From positions 2,234,001-2,298,000 of the forward strand of contig NC_045697.1 in assembly GCF_009834535.1 (NCBI RefSeq): a stretch of DNA of 64,000 bases, read 5' to 3'. Source of the stretch: Camelus ferus. Its lineage: Eukaryota. The notes under the pieces were generated by a model that was not told the DNA's origin, made no database searches, and was given only the letters and a program-made list of their open reading frames with translations. Below are positions 23,353 to 34,900 of the stretch, in pieces. The translations under genes were made by a program, and so were the position numbers. Each line of letters opens with the position of its first letter. The first letter of the stretch is position 1.

Positions 23353-25979
23353 GGAGAGACAGGAGGCAGGGGGTAGGGGAGGACCAGGAGGGGCGCTGGC
23401 CATGTCAGCTCTGTTCCCCTAGACCAGGCAGGTAGTGAGCTTGCTGCCCAGGGAGGCATGTAACCCCTCCTTCTTCCTCCACTTCACTCCTCCCTTACTC
23501 CTTTCTTCTTGAGGGAGGCAGGGGAGCCGCTCTGGGGGGCCTGATGTCTGAAGAGCCCCGGCGGCCCCTGCCTGGCCTCCACCAGCCCCACTGGCTGCAC
23601 GGGTGCGAGGCCTGGTCCTGTGGAGCCCACGGCCTGTGGCCCCAGGCAGCAAAGGTCTGGGGGATGGCCAAGCTGAGCAGGGAGGAAGGGGCCCCTCTTG
23701 CTCACCAGCCCCCCTTGAGGCTGCCGCATGGACCCTTGTGTGTGCCCTGCTGCAGTGCCGGGTTGCCCGGAGCAGCTAGGGTGTGCCCTCCAGGGGGTGC
23801 TAGGTCACAAGACCGAGAGGCAGCTCATGGACAGATGGGTGTGGGGGAGGCGGGATAGCAGAGGGGTCCTCGTGCGCACCCTTCCCTCAAAGGCAGGAAG
23901 GTCTCCTGCTGAATGAGCCCAGGGCTGGTGTGATCAGGGGAGGATGGAGGGGCTCACAGGAGTGACCGCCCTGGGCCCTGGGGGGACAGGCAGAGGAGCC
24001 TTTGTAGCTGAGCTCAGGGGCAAAGGACCACAGTCGCCCAGATGTCCCCTGCAGCCACGGGACAGCGAGGCACTCCCACAGGCCGGCTCCCAGCAGGCAG
24101 GGTGCAGTGAGGGCCCAACCTGTGGCTTGCTTGTTTAAAGCGGTGTGGGCTGAGGGCGGCACTGGCTGTGGGAGCAGCTTCAGAGGGCAGGACCTGGGAC
24201 AGGGGTCCTTAGGGTGTCCCTCTTGGGCAGCCCGTGCATGTGATGCACCCAGGGCACACAGAGCAGTGCAGCAGCCCTGGACCCAACCCGGGGGGCTCTG
24301 CTCCCCCTGTCCCCCGACTCGGGTTCTCAGCTGGGAGAACCCTGGTGGTGCTGCAGAGAAGCGAGTGTTCATAGCAGACACTGGAGAACGACAGGGGCCA
24401 GGCTGTCGGGAGGCTTGTCCGGCCCTGCCCCACTGGGGGCCTTGCATGCAGGGCCACAGGCCTGGGACCGGGCGGCTGGCCTGGGGTCGTGGGAGGCTGG
24501 CCGGAAGGTTGCTGTGACGACCAGCTGTTTCTGTCTTCCCACAAGAGAGATGAGCGGGGGCCTGAGCCACCATATAAGACCCAGTCCCGGCCTCCAGCTG
24601 GGGCGCGGCTCTAGCTTATGGATGCACCCACCCATGGGGGGCCAGGCACCTGGGCCAAGGAGGGGGCGTCTAGCAGAGTCTCCCACAGCCGGCCCAGTCC
24701 AGGGGTCCGTGGCTCTCAGGGCACGATGGGGGCGGTCCATGGAGGATTGTTGCCACCCCGGTCCCCTTGGGGCAGGGTGGCTCCGGTGGAGAACCCCCCA
24801 CCCCACCGCACCCCGCCACACACAGAGGCTCAGTCACAGATCTGGCCTCTCACCATCAGGGTTAAGTAACTGGACTCACCTTTCTTCCCCCGTTGGCTTC
24901 TGTGTCCCCAGTTCCCTGTCCCCCTAGCGTCACACCCGGAATTGTGTGAAACCTCACCCGACCTGCTGGCCTCAGTCCTGGTGCCTGGCGGTCTCCAGGG
25001 CCAGAGACCTTCCTTCTAAACTTCTCACTGTCATCCCCGCCCCTCCAGGCCAGGCTTGAGTCAGGCCGCCGTCCTCTGCCTCCTGGATGGTGAAAGGTCG
25101 CGGCCCCCGCACTGCCCCTCCTGCAGCCCCTGCTCCCTGTCACTTGCTGATGGCTCCTTATCACCCTGGCACAAGTCCAGATTTATCAGGCTGGGGTGGC
25201 AGATGGCATCCTTGGCTGCCATCCTTCATTCTGTCCCACATCCAAGCCCTTTGCCACGAGACTGTTTTTCTGACTGAAGGAGAGACATGCGTCTGGGACC
25301 CTGGCTGGGGCTTGGCCATGTGACCAGCATTAACCTCGGGTAGAAGAGAGAGTGTGTAAGCTCTGGGCCTGGGCTTTAAGAGCAAGCAGGGTTTTCTGCT
25401 TTCCCATGAGTGTCTCACTCTTGCCCTAGGAACCAGGCTGCTGGACCACGAGGGAGGAGAGACACGAGGAGTGACCCAGACTCTAGTGGTGGCTCAGAGC
25501 CGGCCTCCCTGCCTAGCCCAACCTTGATCAGCTGTCTTAAAGGCTGAGATCGGGTGCGAGAGAGGTTTGTAGATGGCTGTTATGCAGCAACAGCTGACTG
25601 CTACAGAGCCCTGCATAACCTCAGCCCCGCTGCAAGCTTCATCTTCCCAGGCAGCCTGCACACCCAGGCACTGCCCTTGTGTCCAGTGCACCACGGTCCA
25701 GACATGTCCAGTGAGCACTTCCTCGCTCCATGTCCCCCGTCCCTTCCAGAAGCCTAGAGTTGAGATCCCCACCCCATCCCCAGTAACGTGGTCCGAGCTC
25801 CAACCACCTGGAATATTTGAAACAAACGCTCCCCTTGCTCCAGTTAATTGGGACCCAGGCAGGTACCGGTGCCGGAGGAGGAAGGGGAGGAGTGCTGGGC
25901 TCTCGACCTTTGAAGAGTCAGGGACTTATCGCGAGGAGTCAAGAGGTAGACCGAGCAGTTCCCCAGAGAAGACCCCACA

Positions 25980-26760
25980 GGGCCCGGAAGCTGCCTGGGG
26001 GCTGTGAATCCCCAGGCCTCCCCACCAGGCCTGGGCCTAGCCGCCCCAGCCGCTGTCCGCTTCCGCCGCCAGGAACCGACATCGGGGGGACGGCTGGGCC
26101 TCAGCGGGGCTCCCAGGGCGCGCTGGCTTCACACCCGGTCCTGATTTTCTCCCGGAAATTGGATGCTGGCCAAATTAGAAAAGAAAGGACTCACTCGCTC
26201 TGCGGCCCCTGCGCACAGAAGGGTGTCAGTTAAGGCCGACTCGTCCCTCTCGGGGGCCTGCTGCTCGGGACAGCTTCCTCTGAAATAGGGGTTTTGTGCT
26301 GAAGTGCCAACGGCCAGCTGTTTCAGAATCATGGCTGGGGCAGCGACTGTGGCCCAGCCCGGCCCAGCGATCCACACGCAGCCGTCCCGGAGGCACTGGG
26401 ACCTCGAAGCTGGGCCGCGGCGAGTGGACAGCTGGGGGGCGGCAGACGCGTCCCGCCCACCTCCCTGGCACCTGGGGGCCGAGGTCCCTTCACACAGGCG
26501 CGGCTGGACTCTGGATTTTCTCCACTTGACCTTGCTGGTCCTCCGGGGGTGAGCAAAGGCTGGCTCAGGGGGTGCTCAGGGCACATCGGGGGTGACTGTG
26601 GCTGAGACATGCACAGGCCTGGGCGCGCATGCCTTTCCCAGCTCCTGAGGCTGGCTGGAGCGTCCCCGAGCTGGCGGCCGCCGCGCAGAACGGCCACGGG
26701 AACTTGGACAAGAGGTGCTCCGAACTTTGAGTTCCCAGACGAGGACCTGAGGGCCACACA
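25980..26760. promoter_or_regulatory. CpG-rich non-repeat island, candidate enhancer/promoter
   Basis: Visibly dense CpG; ETS-like CCGGAAAT (26152-26159) abutting NFI-like TTGGA-N5-GCCAA (26159-26173). Confidence 0.4.
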
Positions 26761-27879
26761 GAGGGCTGGGGCTAGCGTTGGAGTCCTGGTTTGGGCTGCA
26801 GTCTCCGAGCAGGGCTGGGACGTCTCCAGACCACCCTCTCCCCGGCACTAGTGCCACTTTGCCCCTTGCCAGGCAGGGGCCGGGCCTCATTTGTCTGAGC
26901 CTCTTAGCAATGGCAGCCAAGCCTTTATCTGCCAACTGTGGCAGCCCCCTGGGGCCCCTCCCCCCACTCCCTGTCACTGTCTGCTCTGCAGTCCCCAACT
27001 CCTTGCTGCCCCTCTTCTGCTTGGAGCCTTCTTTCCCCCAGAGCCCACCTGGACCGTATCACACCTGGCGTCGTGATTCGTGGATGCTACGTGTTACAGA
27101 GTGCACCAGACTTTACAGTTTACACATACACATTCCATCCACTCCCCTGGTGGTCCCGAGGCACAGAGTAGGCAGAGGTCATCTCTGTTTTCTTCGGCAG
27201 AAGTCTTGGAGAAACTCAGAGAGGGCACATGGCAGGGTCTGAACAGACCCTGGCTGTGGGGGGGGGGTGCTGGCCGAGGTCCCCCCAGCCTGTCGCTGGT
27301 CTCCTGTCCTAGTGGAGTGGAGTGTGGCTTCCCCTTCGCTCTCAAGCCCCTGTGCTGTGGGTCCTTCTGATGGTGAGGACCCTGACGTCTATTGTCATTC
27401 AGTACGCAGGGCTTCCTGCCCAGCCCACCGGGAGCGGACAGAGGCTTCTGGACTGGCCGCTCATCTCTGGATTTAAGGCCTACCTCTCTCTAGAGGCAGA
27501 ACCTCGGTAAACAGGGAGCCAGTTTTCAGGCTGAGTTTCGAGATGAGAATGAAGAGATGGGCGGGCGTGCTGGCTGGCGCGTGTCCTGACGCCCACAGGG
27601 CCTGGGCGAACTTGGACCAGGCAGCTGGGCTGACCGTCCCTGCTGCTTTGCAGTTTGTTTTGTTTGTGGCGGGGCCAGGTTTGAGGCCTTGTTGAAAAAT
27701 GTCCTTGGATCTCTGCCTCCTACTGAGAATGAGAGAAGCCAGCAAAACAGATCACCGTTTGTTAGAAGGCGTTGGGGGACCGCTGGGGCAGCCAGGACTC
27801 CAAGCGCCCAGGACACAAAAGACAGCGGTGCAGGAGGCCACCCACACTCCCGGGGACCAGGCCCGTGCGCAGGTGCTGG

Positions 27880-28065
27880 GCCCCCGCAGATGGGAGAGAG
27901 AACGCAGCCGAGACAATACGCGGGGAGATACTGGCTGACAGTGTTTTGAAACTAATGAAATATATGAATCCACAGACTCAAAACGGCAGCGGCTTACAAC
28001 CTGCTAAACCATGGGCACATCACCGCAAAGCACTGGAAATCCAGGACAGGGAGAGAGGGCTGCTC
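27880..28065 (+). mobile_element. Ancient L1 ORF1 fragment
   Basis: ORF 27772..28209 contains ENAAETIRGEILADSVLKLMKYMNPQTQ, matching the L1 ORF1p motif E..FEEI.AENFP.LMK.INPQIQE. Confidence 0.75.
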
Positions 28066-28529
28066 GTGGGGGGCGGGGGCCAGTCCACACCTCCTCAGTG
28101 GGAGGGCTTGCCCGCTGCAGGTGTGCTGCACAGTAGATGCAGGGAGGGTGAAGAATTTCAGCCCCCGATGCAGCCAGCCTGGCATCCCCTCCACCAGCCA
28201 CGAAGGTGACGGCCGGCAAGGCCTGGCGGCCTGCAGGGGTGGGCGGGTGGGTGGGGAAACTGGGGATCACAGCCACTCTGGCCGACTCTCCTGCCGGGGG
28301 TCGCCTGCACGGCCTCTTCTTTCTCCTGGGGTGCCGTCTCCTGCCCTCACCTGCTTTAAGTCCTCGCTTCAATCTCCTTGTCAAGGAGCTCGGCCCTCAC
28401 CTCCCCAGGCACGACCGCAGTCACCCATCCCTGGACTTTGTGCTCAGCCATCAGGGCTCAAGCCCTGCCTCCTCCAGGAAGCCTTGTTTGCCATGGTGCC
28501 CATGACCTGCTAGCAATATGATGTCTGCT

Positions 28530-28670
28530 GTGTGCGTCGTTTTCTATCTCCCCACAGATGCTACATTCCGTGAAGGCAGGTGGTCACGGTCTGTTGGGCT
28601 CAGTGATGAATCCTAAGGACCTGCAAGAGTGTCTGGTGACAGTTGATGACAGTACACGTTTGTGAGCAAA
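28530..28670 (+). mobile_element. L2 3' end fragment
   Basis: tatctccccacagatgctacattccgtgaaggcagg...agtgtctgg...gtttgtgag. Confidence 0.55.
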
Positions 28671-29514
28671 GTTGTTCCTCTCTTTCTCTCTCATGCCTGA
28701 CCTCCTCTGGGTCAGGCCCTCGGCTCCTGCTGGGGAGGAGGCAGGGACGCAGCTGCAGACAGGTGCCTAGTGGCTGGGTGAGCGGTGATGTGCTGGGCAG
28801 AGGGGGCGAGGCTGGAAGGTGGGGACTGTCTGCCTGGTGAAGCCACAGGGCTGGAAAGTGGGCACATAACCTCCTGGTCCTGCTTCACCGCATCCTCGGC
28901 CAGGCGTCCGGTGTCTTCATTCCGTGTGGCTTTCTCTTAGCTTTTCTGTAACTGCGCTGCCCGTGGAGAGCACGGAGGCTGCTCTCCTTGAGGGCCTTCG
29001 GGCTCCCGGAGGGCTGGGCCCAGGCCACCAAAGTCCCGATGGGCGGCCGAGGCGGAGCAGGCAGAGCTCGCCCGGGTCAGGCCCGGCCTGGGGGTGATGC
29101 TGGAATCTTTCTGCACACCTGAGGGCTTTCCCGACTGTCTGGGTTGCACGGAGGGATCTGCTAACTGCCAGGACCCAAGGGCCCCTGGTGAGGGAGGAGG
29201 CCCAGAGCCTCTCAGCAGCCTGTCTGCTGTGTACTGTTTGGTTTGTGCCCCTGGTTTAGCTCGTGTCATACCTCTTTTGAGAAGTGTTCCTGCCGTGCCT
29301 GTCTTTCCAGCTGTGCACCCACAGTGCTGTTGGCTCCCCACTGTTTCTTCTTCGCATTCCCTCGTCTTCCTCCTGTTGTTTCGCCCTTTATTTCCATTTG
29401 TCTTAATTGGCTGATTTCCTCTTCAAGCCAAGGTTTCGAGGCGGGTACGTGGGAGGCTGGCCCTGCTGTCCTTTGTCTGTGAGCTGTCTTGCTGTCGCCC
29501 TCCTGGCTGCTGTT

Positions 29515-29882
29515 CGAGTCAGCTCAGGCTGTGTAACAAGGTGCTGCAGCCCTGGAGGCTCAGAGGGCAGAAGTTTACCTTCTCACCATCTTGGAGGCTG
29601 GGGGTCTGGGCCCAAGGTGCAGACAGATTGGTTCCTTCTGAGGCCTCTCTCCTTGGCCTGTAGACAGCTGTTATCTCCCTGTTTCTGTCCGTCTGTGCAT
29701 GTCTGTGCCCTAATTTCCTCTTCTTATTAGGACACCCATCATGTTGGATTAGGACCTACCCTAACTCCTCATTTTACTTTAATTACCTCTTTTAAGGCCT
29801 GTCTCCGAGAATAGTCACATTCTGTGGTCCTGGGGGTTAGGGCTTCATATGGATTTGGGGAGACAGAATTCAGCCCATCACA
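29515..29882 (-). mobile_element. MaLR LTR (MLT1B-like)
   Basis: gaggcctctctccttggcctgtagacagctg...aatagtcacattctgtggtcctgggggttagggcttca...aattcagcccatcaca. Confidence 0.85.
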
Positions 29883-30249
29883 GCTGGGTGCAAGGTGTTT
29901 GGGCCACGGTAAAAAGAAAACGGCAAAGGTGTGAGGTGGCATGAAAGGGGTAGTGCGACTGTCACCCCGAAATGCAGAGTGGCATAGTGTGTGGATGCTG
30001 GTGCCTGGCGTCCGGCCTGGAGCCCGGGCACAGGGGCAGGTGCACCTGGGGGGCCGTCCAGCGATGCTCCTCAGCCCGGTTTCCTCAGCGTGGCTCACCC
30101 GCCTGCCTGCAGAGCGGCCAGCGCTGTGAGCGAGGCTTTCTCCGTGGATGGCCGTCTCCCCAGTGGTCTGCCGAGGGCTGCTGGCCAAACACCCTTTTAA
30201 AGCAGAAGCATTTTTCAAACTCCCAAGTCGAATGCCCAGCAGATTTCTT

Positions 30250-32100
30250 TAATCTTACTTTTAAAAACTGCATTAGCTGTTGAAGCGGTGGCTTTGTGCC
30301 TGATTGGAGTTTTGGCTGTATCTCCGAGGTTTTGCTCCTTAGTGCCCTGATGTTTATTTTATCACAAACATTACCTTGTTTTATGTTCTTCTTGCTCCAA
30401 AATGTTTACATTGCTAAATGGTTGACTTTCTTGCTTAAATTTTGTTATTTGTAGCATTGTCACATGATGATGAGTAAACAAGAACTGTATACTTGGCGTT
30501 TTAAATAGTTATTGAGATTTACGTTGTGTCTAAAGGAGTCTGTGTACGTGTTTCACCGCGCCGGAGGCGTCTCCTGCAGGCGCCGCTGTCTCATCCATCT
30601 GCTCGCGCTGTCTATGCCGTGCCAGCCTCATTTATTTTGGCCTGTAGAGCGAACCTAATCCCGTCTCCTGTGTTGATAATAATTTTCTTTCTTTTTTTTT
30701 TTTTCTGGTGTTTTGTTGCTGTCTTGGTCAGCTCACAAACATTTCTTATCATTCTCCATCTTTATTTGAGTATTTGAACCACATAAAATGACCTTGAGGG
30801 TGAACGCTGAGTATTTTTTGCGGTAGATTTCTCAATATTAAAGTTCCTGCTGCAGCGTCCTGTATTTTCACTTCAGTCTGTGCCCTTCCTCATTCTTCAC
30901 TTTATACGCTCCAGTGTTGTTTTGTTTTACCGTATCTCACAAGTAGTAAGATATCGGAGTGGTTTTTTTAAATCCGAAATCCTAGTGGATAGATTCGGAA
31001 TGCGCTTTGACAGTATTTACTGAATATCTACTCCCCACCCTCTGGGTTATTGTTTCTGCTTTGTCTCTTTCTGTTCACATTTTTTTTTTTTTTTTTTTTG
31101 TCTTCTGTAGTGACTTAGAAGGCAGACATCATGTTTCTGATTCTACCACTTAGGTTTCTTTTTTAAACAGTCTTAGTAACCAAAACCTAGACGATGGCTT
31201 CTGATTCCCTTTTACGGGAGACAGAGGAAGCGTTTCCTACCTCTCCAGCCCTTCTCTAGGTGCTCAGAACATGGAACCTCACACTTCCTGCTTTAACATT
31301 CAAATTACCCCGAGGTTTTAAATACATTCTGTTTAGTTGGCATTATAATTTTATTTTTAATTCCTCATCCATAGTGGCTAATGCTTTTATTCTTGTGTTT
31401 TTATCTGGCTCCAATATCGGCACCCGTTTTCTATCGTGACACCCCATCTCATTGTTTTACATAAAACGGATGCCGTGGGTCTTTGAGGAATCACATTCAG
31501 GGGATATCTTTTTGGAACTTTCACCGAAGACTGGAGGGTCTTGGGTCCTGATGCTACACTAGTTACGCCGCATCAGTTGCGCTCGTGTTAGTTACGCCGT
31601 GTTAGTTAGTTGCCTGGATGTTGGTTACTCTGTGGTCGTCTGGGCTCCTTCAGTTTGGTGGGAAGTAAGGGCGCAGCTTGCGTGTGGCTTTTTTCAAGAT
31701 CATCTGCTTATTTCTCCTCTTGGGACTTTTCAGGCCCCTTGATTTCCCTGAAAATGGTGAGTTATTTACCGCAATATCCTGTGGGACCGCTCTCTGTGTT
31801 TCTGAGTTTCCCTCAATCTCAGTTTCTGGGCACTCCTGCCCCTCCCTTCCCACCTCCGTCAGGAGCTCCTGCTACTTGGGGCCAGGCGGCGTGAGACTGG
31901 CTGCCCTTGATGTCCCGCTTCCAGGTGCCCCCTTTCACTGGCCTCTGAAGTTGCTTCCCAGACTCTTCCTCTCACCACCATTTTGCTTTTCTCCAGCTTC
32001 AAGCCTGCCTTTCTCTCCTGCCCTTGAAGATGTTATCACGGCCGTTATGCTGTGCCTCCTCAGGTCTGGAGAGGAGATGATCTAGAATTCTGTTCCGGAT
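30250..32100 (-). mobile_element. Very old L1/HAL1-like decayed sequence
   Basis: T-rich, AT-rich block with antisense-L1-like texture; no diagnostic ORF. Confidence 0.35.
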
Positions 32101-32699
32101 GTTGTGGCCTTGAGCTACAAGGAAAGAAAAGCAAGTCTGAGCCTTGAGAGTGTGATGCTCGGGAAAGCACGAAGAGCGATCTTGCGCAGGTCAGCATCAC
32201 CCAGCCTCCCAGCCTGCGGTGCGTCTGTTCCAGCTCAGCGCCACACCGTCTACAGACAAAGCAGTTACGAGTCTTCCTCTTTTCCCAGGGGATTTTGGGA
32301 GCTGCTCAGAGAGATGCTCCCTGGGGGAAAGGAGCAGAGAGGGGCGGGCCACGGGCACCTGAGCCCAGGCCTGGCTGAGTTGGTCTTCGTGTGGGTCACG
32401 CCTCCAGGTGCAGCCTGGCTGTGGACACTACACAGGAGCCTGGTACGTCCTCCAGAAGGCAGATGCCCAGGATGGAGGACAGCCTGCTTCGGACGGGCCC
32501 CCTCCCCTTTCTCTCCACTGCACCCCAAATCTCGGCCTCTTTTCCCAGATCTGGAGCGACTGCTATGAGGGTGAGGTAATGCTGGGCACAGAGCAGTGCC
32601 CAGTTCATTGTAACTCTTTAATGTACCTCAGCTGCTTTTATGGTTAACTCAAAAAACTCTTTTATTGTAGTATAATGCACTTTATAGATATGCATGCAT

Positions 32700-33116
32700 T
32701 CTACGGATTGAATTATGTGTCTCCCAAAGTCACACGCTGAAGTCTTAACCCCCAGGACCCCAGAATGCGACCTTACTTGGAGACAGGTTGTTGCAGATGC
32801 CATTAGTTCAGATGCGGCCACTGGGCAGGCTCTTACCCAGTCTGACTGGTGTCCTTGTGAAAAGGCGACATTTGCACACAGACACACACTGGGAGACACC
32901 ACATGAAGACGGAGGCAGGGATCAGAGTGCTGTGTCTGCCAGTCAAGGAACACACAAGATGCAGGCAACCACCGGAAGCTGGGGAGAGTGCTCAGAAGGA
33001 TGCAGCCCTGCTGACACCTTGGCCTCGGACTTCCGGTCTCCAGAACAATCACTTCCTGCAGTTTAAGCCGCCCAGTCTGCGATGCTTTGTTGCGGGAGCC
33101 CCAGGAAGTGAATACA
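32700..33116 (+). mobile_element. MaLR LTR (MLT1C-like) inserted into an old L1
   Basis: ggattgaattatgtgtctcccaaa...tgaagtcttaacccccagga...ctgctgacaccttgg...ggaagtgaataca. Confidence 0.88.
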
Positions 33117-33119
33117 CAC

Positions 33120-34420
33120 ATCTCCACAGACTTCACGTCGCAAGTGGATTTGTATTAGCTGGACACACTGTGTAGCTAGTGCAGTGCCCGGGTCGTGAGA
33201 AAGGTGTACCCGGCACCCAGTGTGGCAGGATGGGGGTCCTGCCCTCAGCGGAACGCAGGGCCCCCTGCCCTGCCCTGGGAGTCCGGGCTGTGCTGTGTGT
33301 CATCCTCCTCACCGGGGCTGGCGTGCCCACCCTGGGCATCGGGCAGCTCCCAGCCGGGGGCGATCTCTGTGGGCAACACTGGGAATGCGCCAGCACAGTC
33401 TGGGGAGCTCACGCGTGCATTTCCCCCAAGTGTACGTCGTGGGTGGGAGCCGCTGGATGGGGCGGGGGCACATTTGTTCCACCAGATAGGTTCCCGCAGT
33501 GACCACGGCCCTCCCTCCGCCCCCAGCACTTGTGTGAGAGCCATGTTGGTCCACAGTCTTGCCAGCTCTCACTGTGTTCTGTCTTTTCATCTTAGTTGTG
33601 CTGGTGGGTGTGGAAGTGCGTCACATGACGGCCTAGCGTGCGTTTTGCTGATGGCTCAGGATGGTGAGCGCCTTTTTACCCGCTACCGGCCACCTGTACC
33701 TCCTCTTCTGCGACGGGCCTGCCGCGTTTTCTGCCCGTCGTTCTGGGGCGTTGTCAGCCTCTCCTTACTGAGGCCGCTATCAGCTTGGGCTGAGAGTCCT
33801 TTGTTGGGTGTGTGAATCGAAGTGCTCCTAAAGGTGTCTTTTGACAACAAGAAGGTGGGTCTTTAACGCAGTTCAGCTTGTCAAACGCCCCGTGGCTCGG
33901 GTGCCTTCTGTCTCCGGGGCGTTCGGCTCACGCTAAGGCCGTGCGGGCGTCCACGCAGGTCCCCCCACTGGCGCTGCCGCCCAGCGTCCGGCCTGTGGGG
34001 CTCAGTCCGTCTGGAACTGGCTCCCGCGTGCGGCGAGAGGGGAGGTTTCAGCTCCTGCTTCCCAGTTTAGAAGTGTAGTCCACTCAGCGCTGTTTGCTGA
34101 GATGGTCCCCTCCGTCCGTCCCCACACCGCACTGCTCCTTTGTCACGAATCAGGGGGCTCCACAGATGCGGGTAGCTTTCTGGAACCTCTCGTGTCCCAT
34201 CTGTCAGTCTGTCCGCCCTCATACCGAAGCCACCTGTCCTCATCACTCGGGGTTGTCTTGAAGAGCGCCCTGGTGACCCGCTCCCCCCGACGGGTGAGGC
34301 GGTCCGGCACAAGTGCCCCTCTGTTGTCTGTTTCCGAGGTGCGAGCGCGCGGGCCCGCACTGGCTGGGGCGCAGCCTGTCAGCCTCGTTGTCACCCTCTT
34401 CAACGTGGAGGAGAGCACTT
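33120..34420 (-). mobile_element. Old L1 (L1MD/ME-like) 3' region, strongly GC-shifted
   Basis: ccagcacttgtgtgagag, tccacagtcttgccagc, gctgatggctcaggatggtgagcgccttttt: collinear with antisense L1 ORF2 3' motifs. Confidence 0.65.
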
Positions 34421-34900
34421 CCCGCCCTGCAGCTTTGTAAGAGTGGACACGGCAGGGATGTTAGTTATTAATTTATCGTCTAGTGGTGACAGTGCAGACT
34501 GGAGCTGGGTTACCTGGTTTCCCGTCTCAGCCTTTCCTGTGACCGTGGGAAAGTGACTTAACATGAACCTTGATTTCCGTGAAATGGGGACACTTGTCCA
34601 CGCCCCTTGAGGTCAGAGTGTGGACTAAATACTTTCACGTGGCGCTTCTGGCTGGTGCACACAGGCAGCGGCAACCTCCGTGCAGACCCCTGGGGTCCCC
34701 AGGTGCTGGCAGCCGAGGCTGGGCCAAGCGTGGGTCTCAAGGCACTGGGTTTCCTGGCAGTGCCTGGGCTGTGCCGGGCACTCTGCTGGGAAGGACTGAG
34801 TCCCCGAGTGTGAGTGCTGCACTGTGCCTGCTTGTGGGCACTTGGTACACACTGTCTTCTAGAACCTTCCATATGTGCCTCTTAGCACCCTTGTCTCCTT

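Noticed and set aside
31558..31612. Short duplicated tagttacgccg / gtgttagtt motifs
   Set aside because: Most simply local slippage within decayed repeat DNA; too short to interpret
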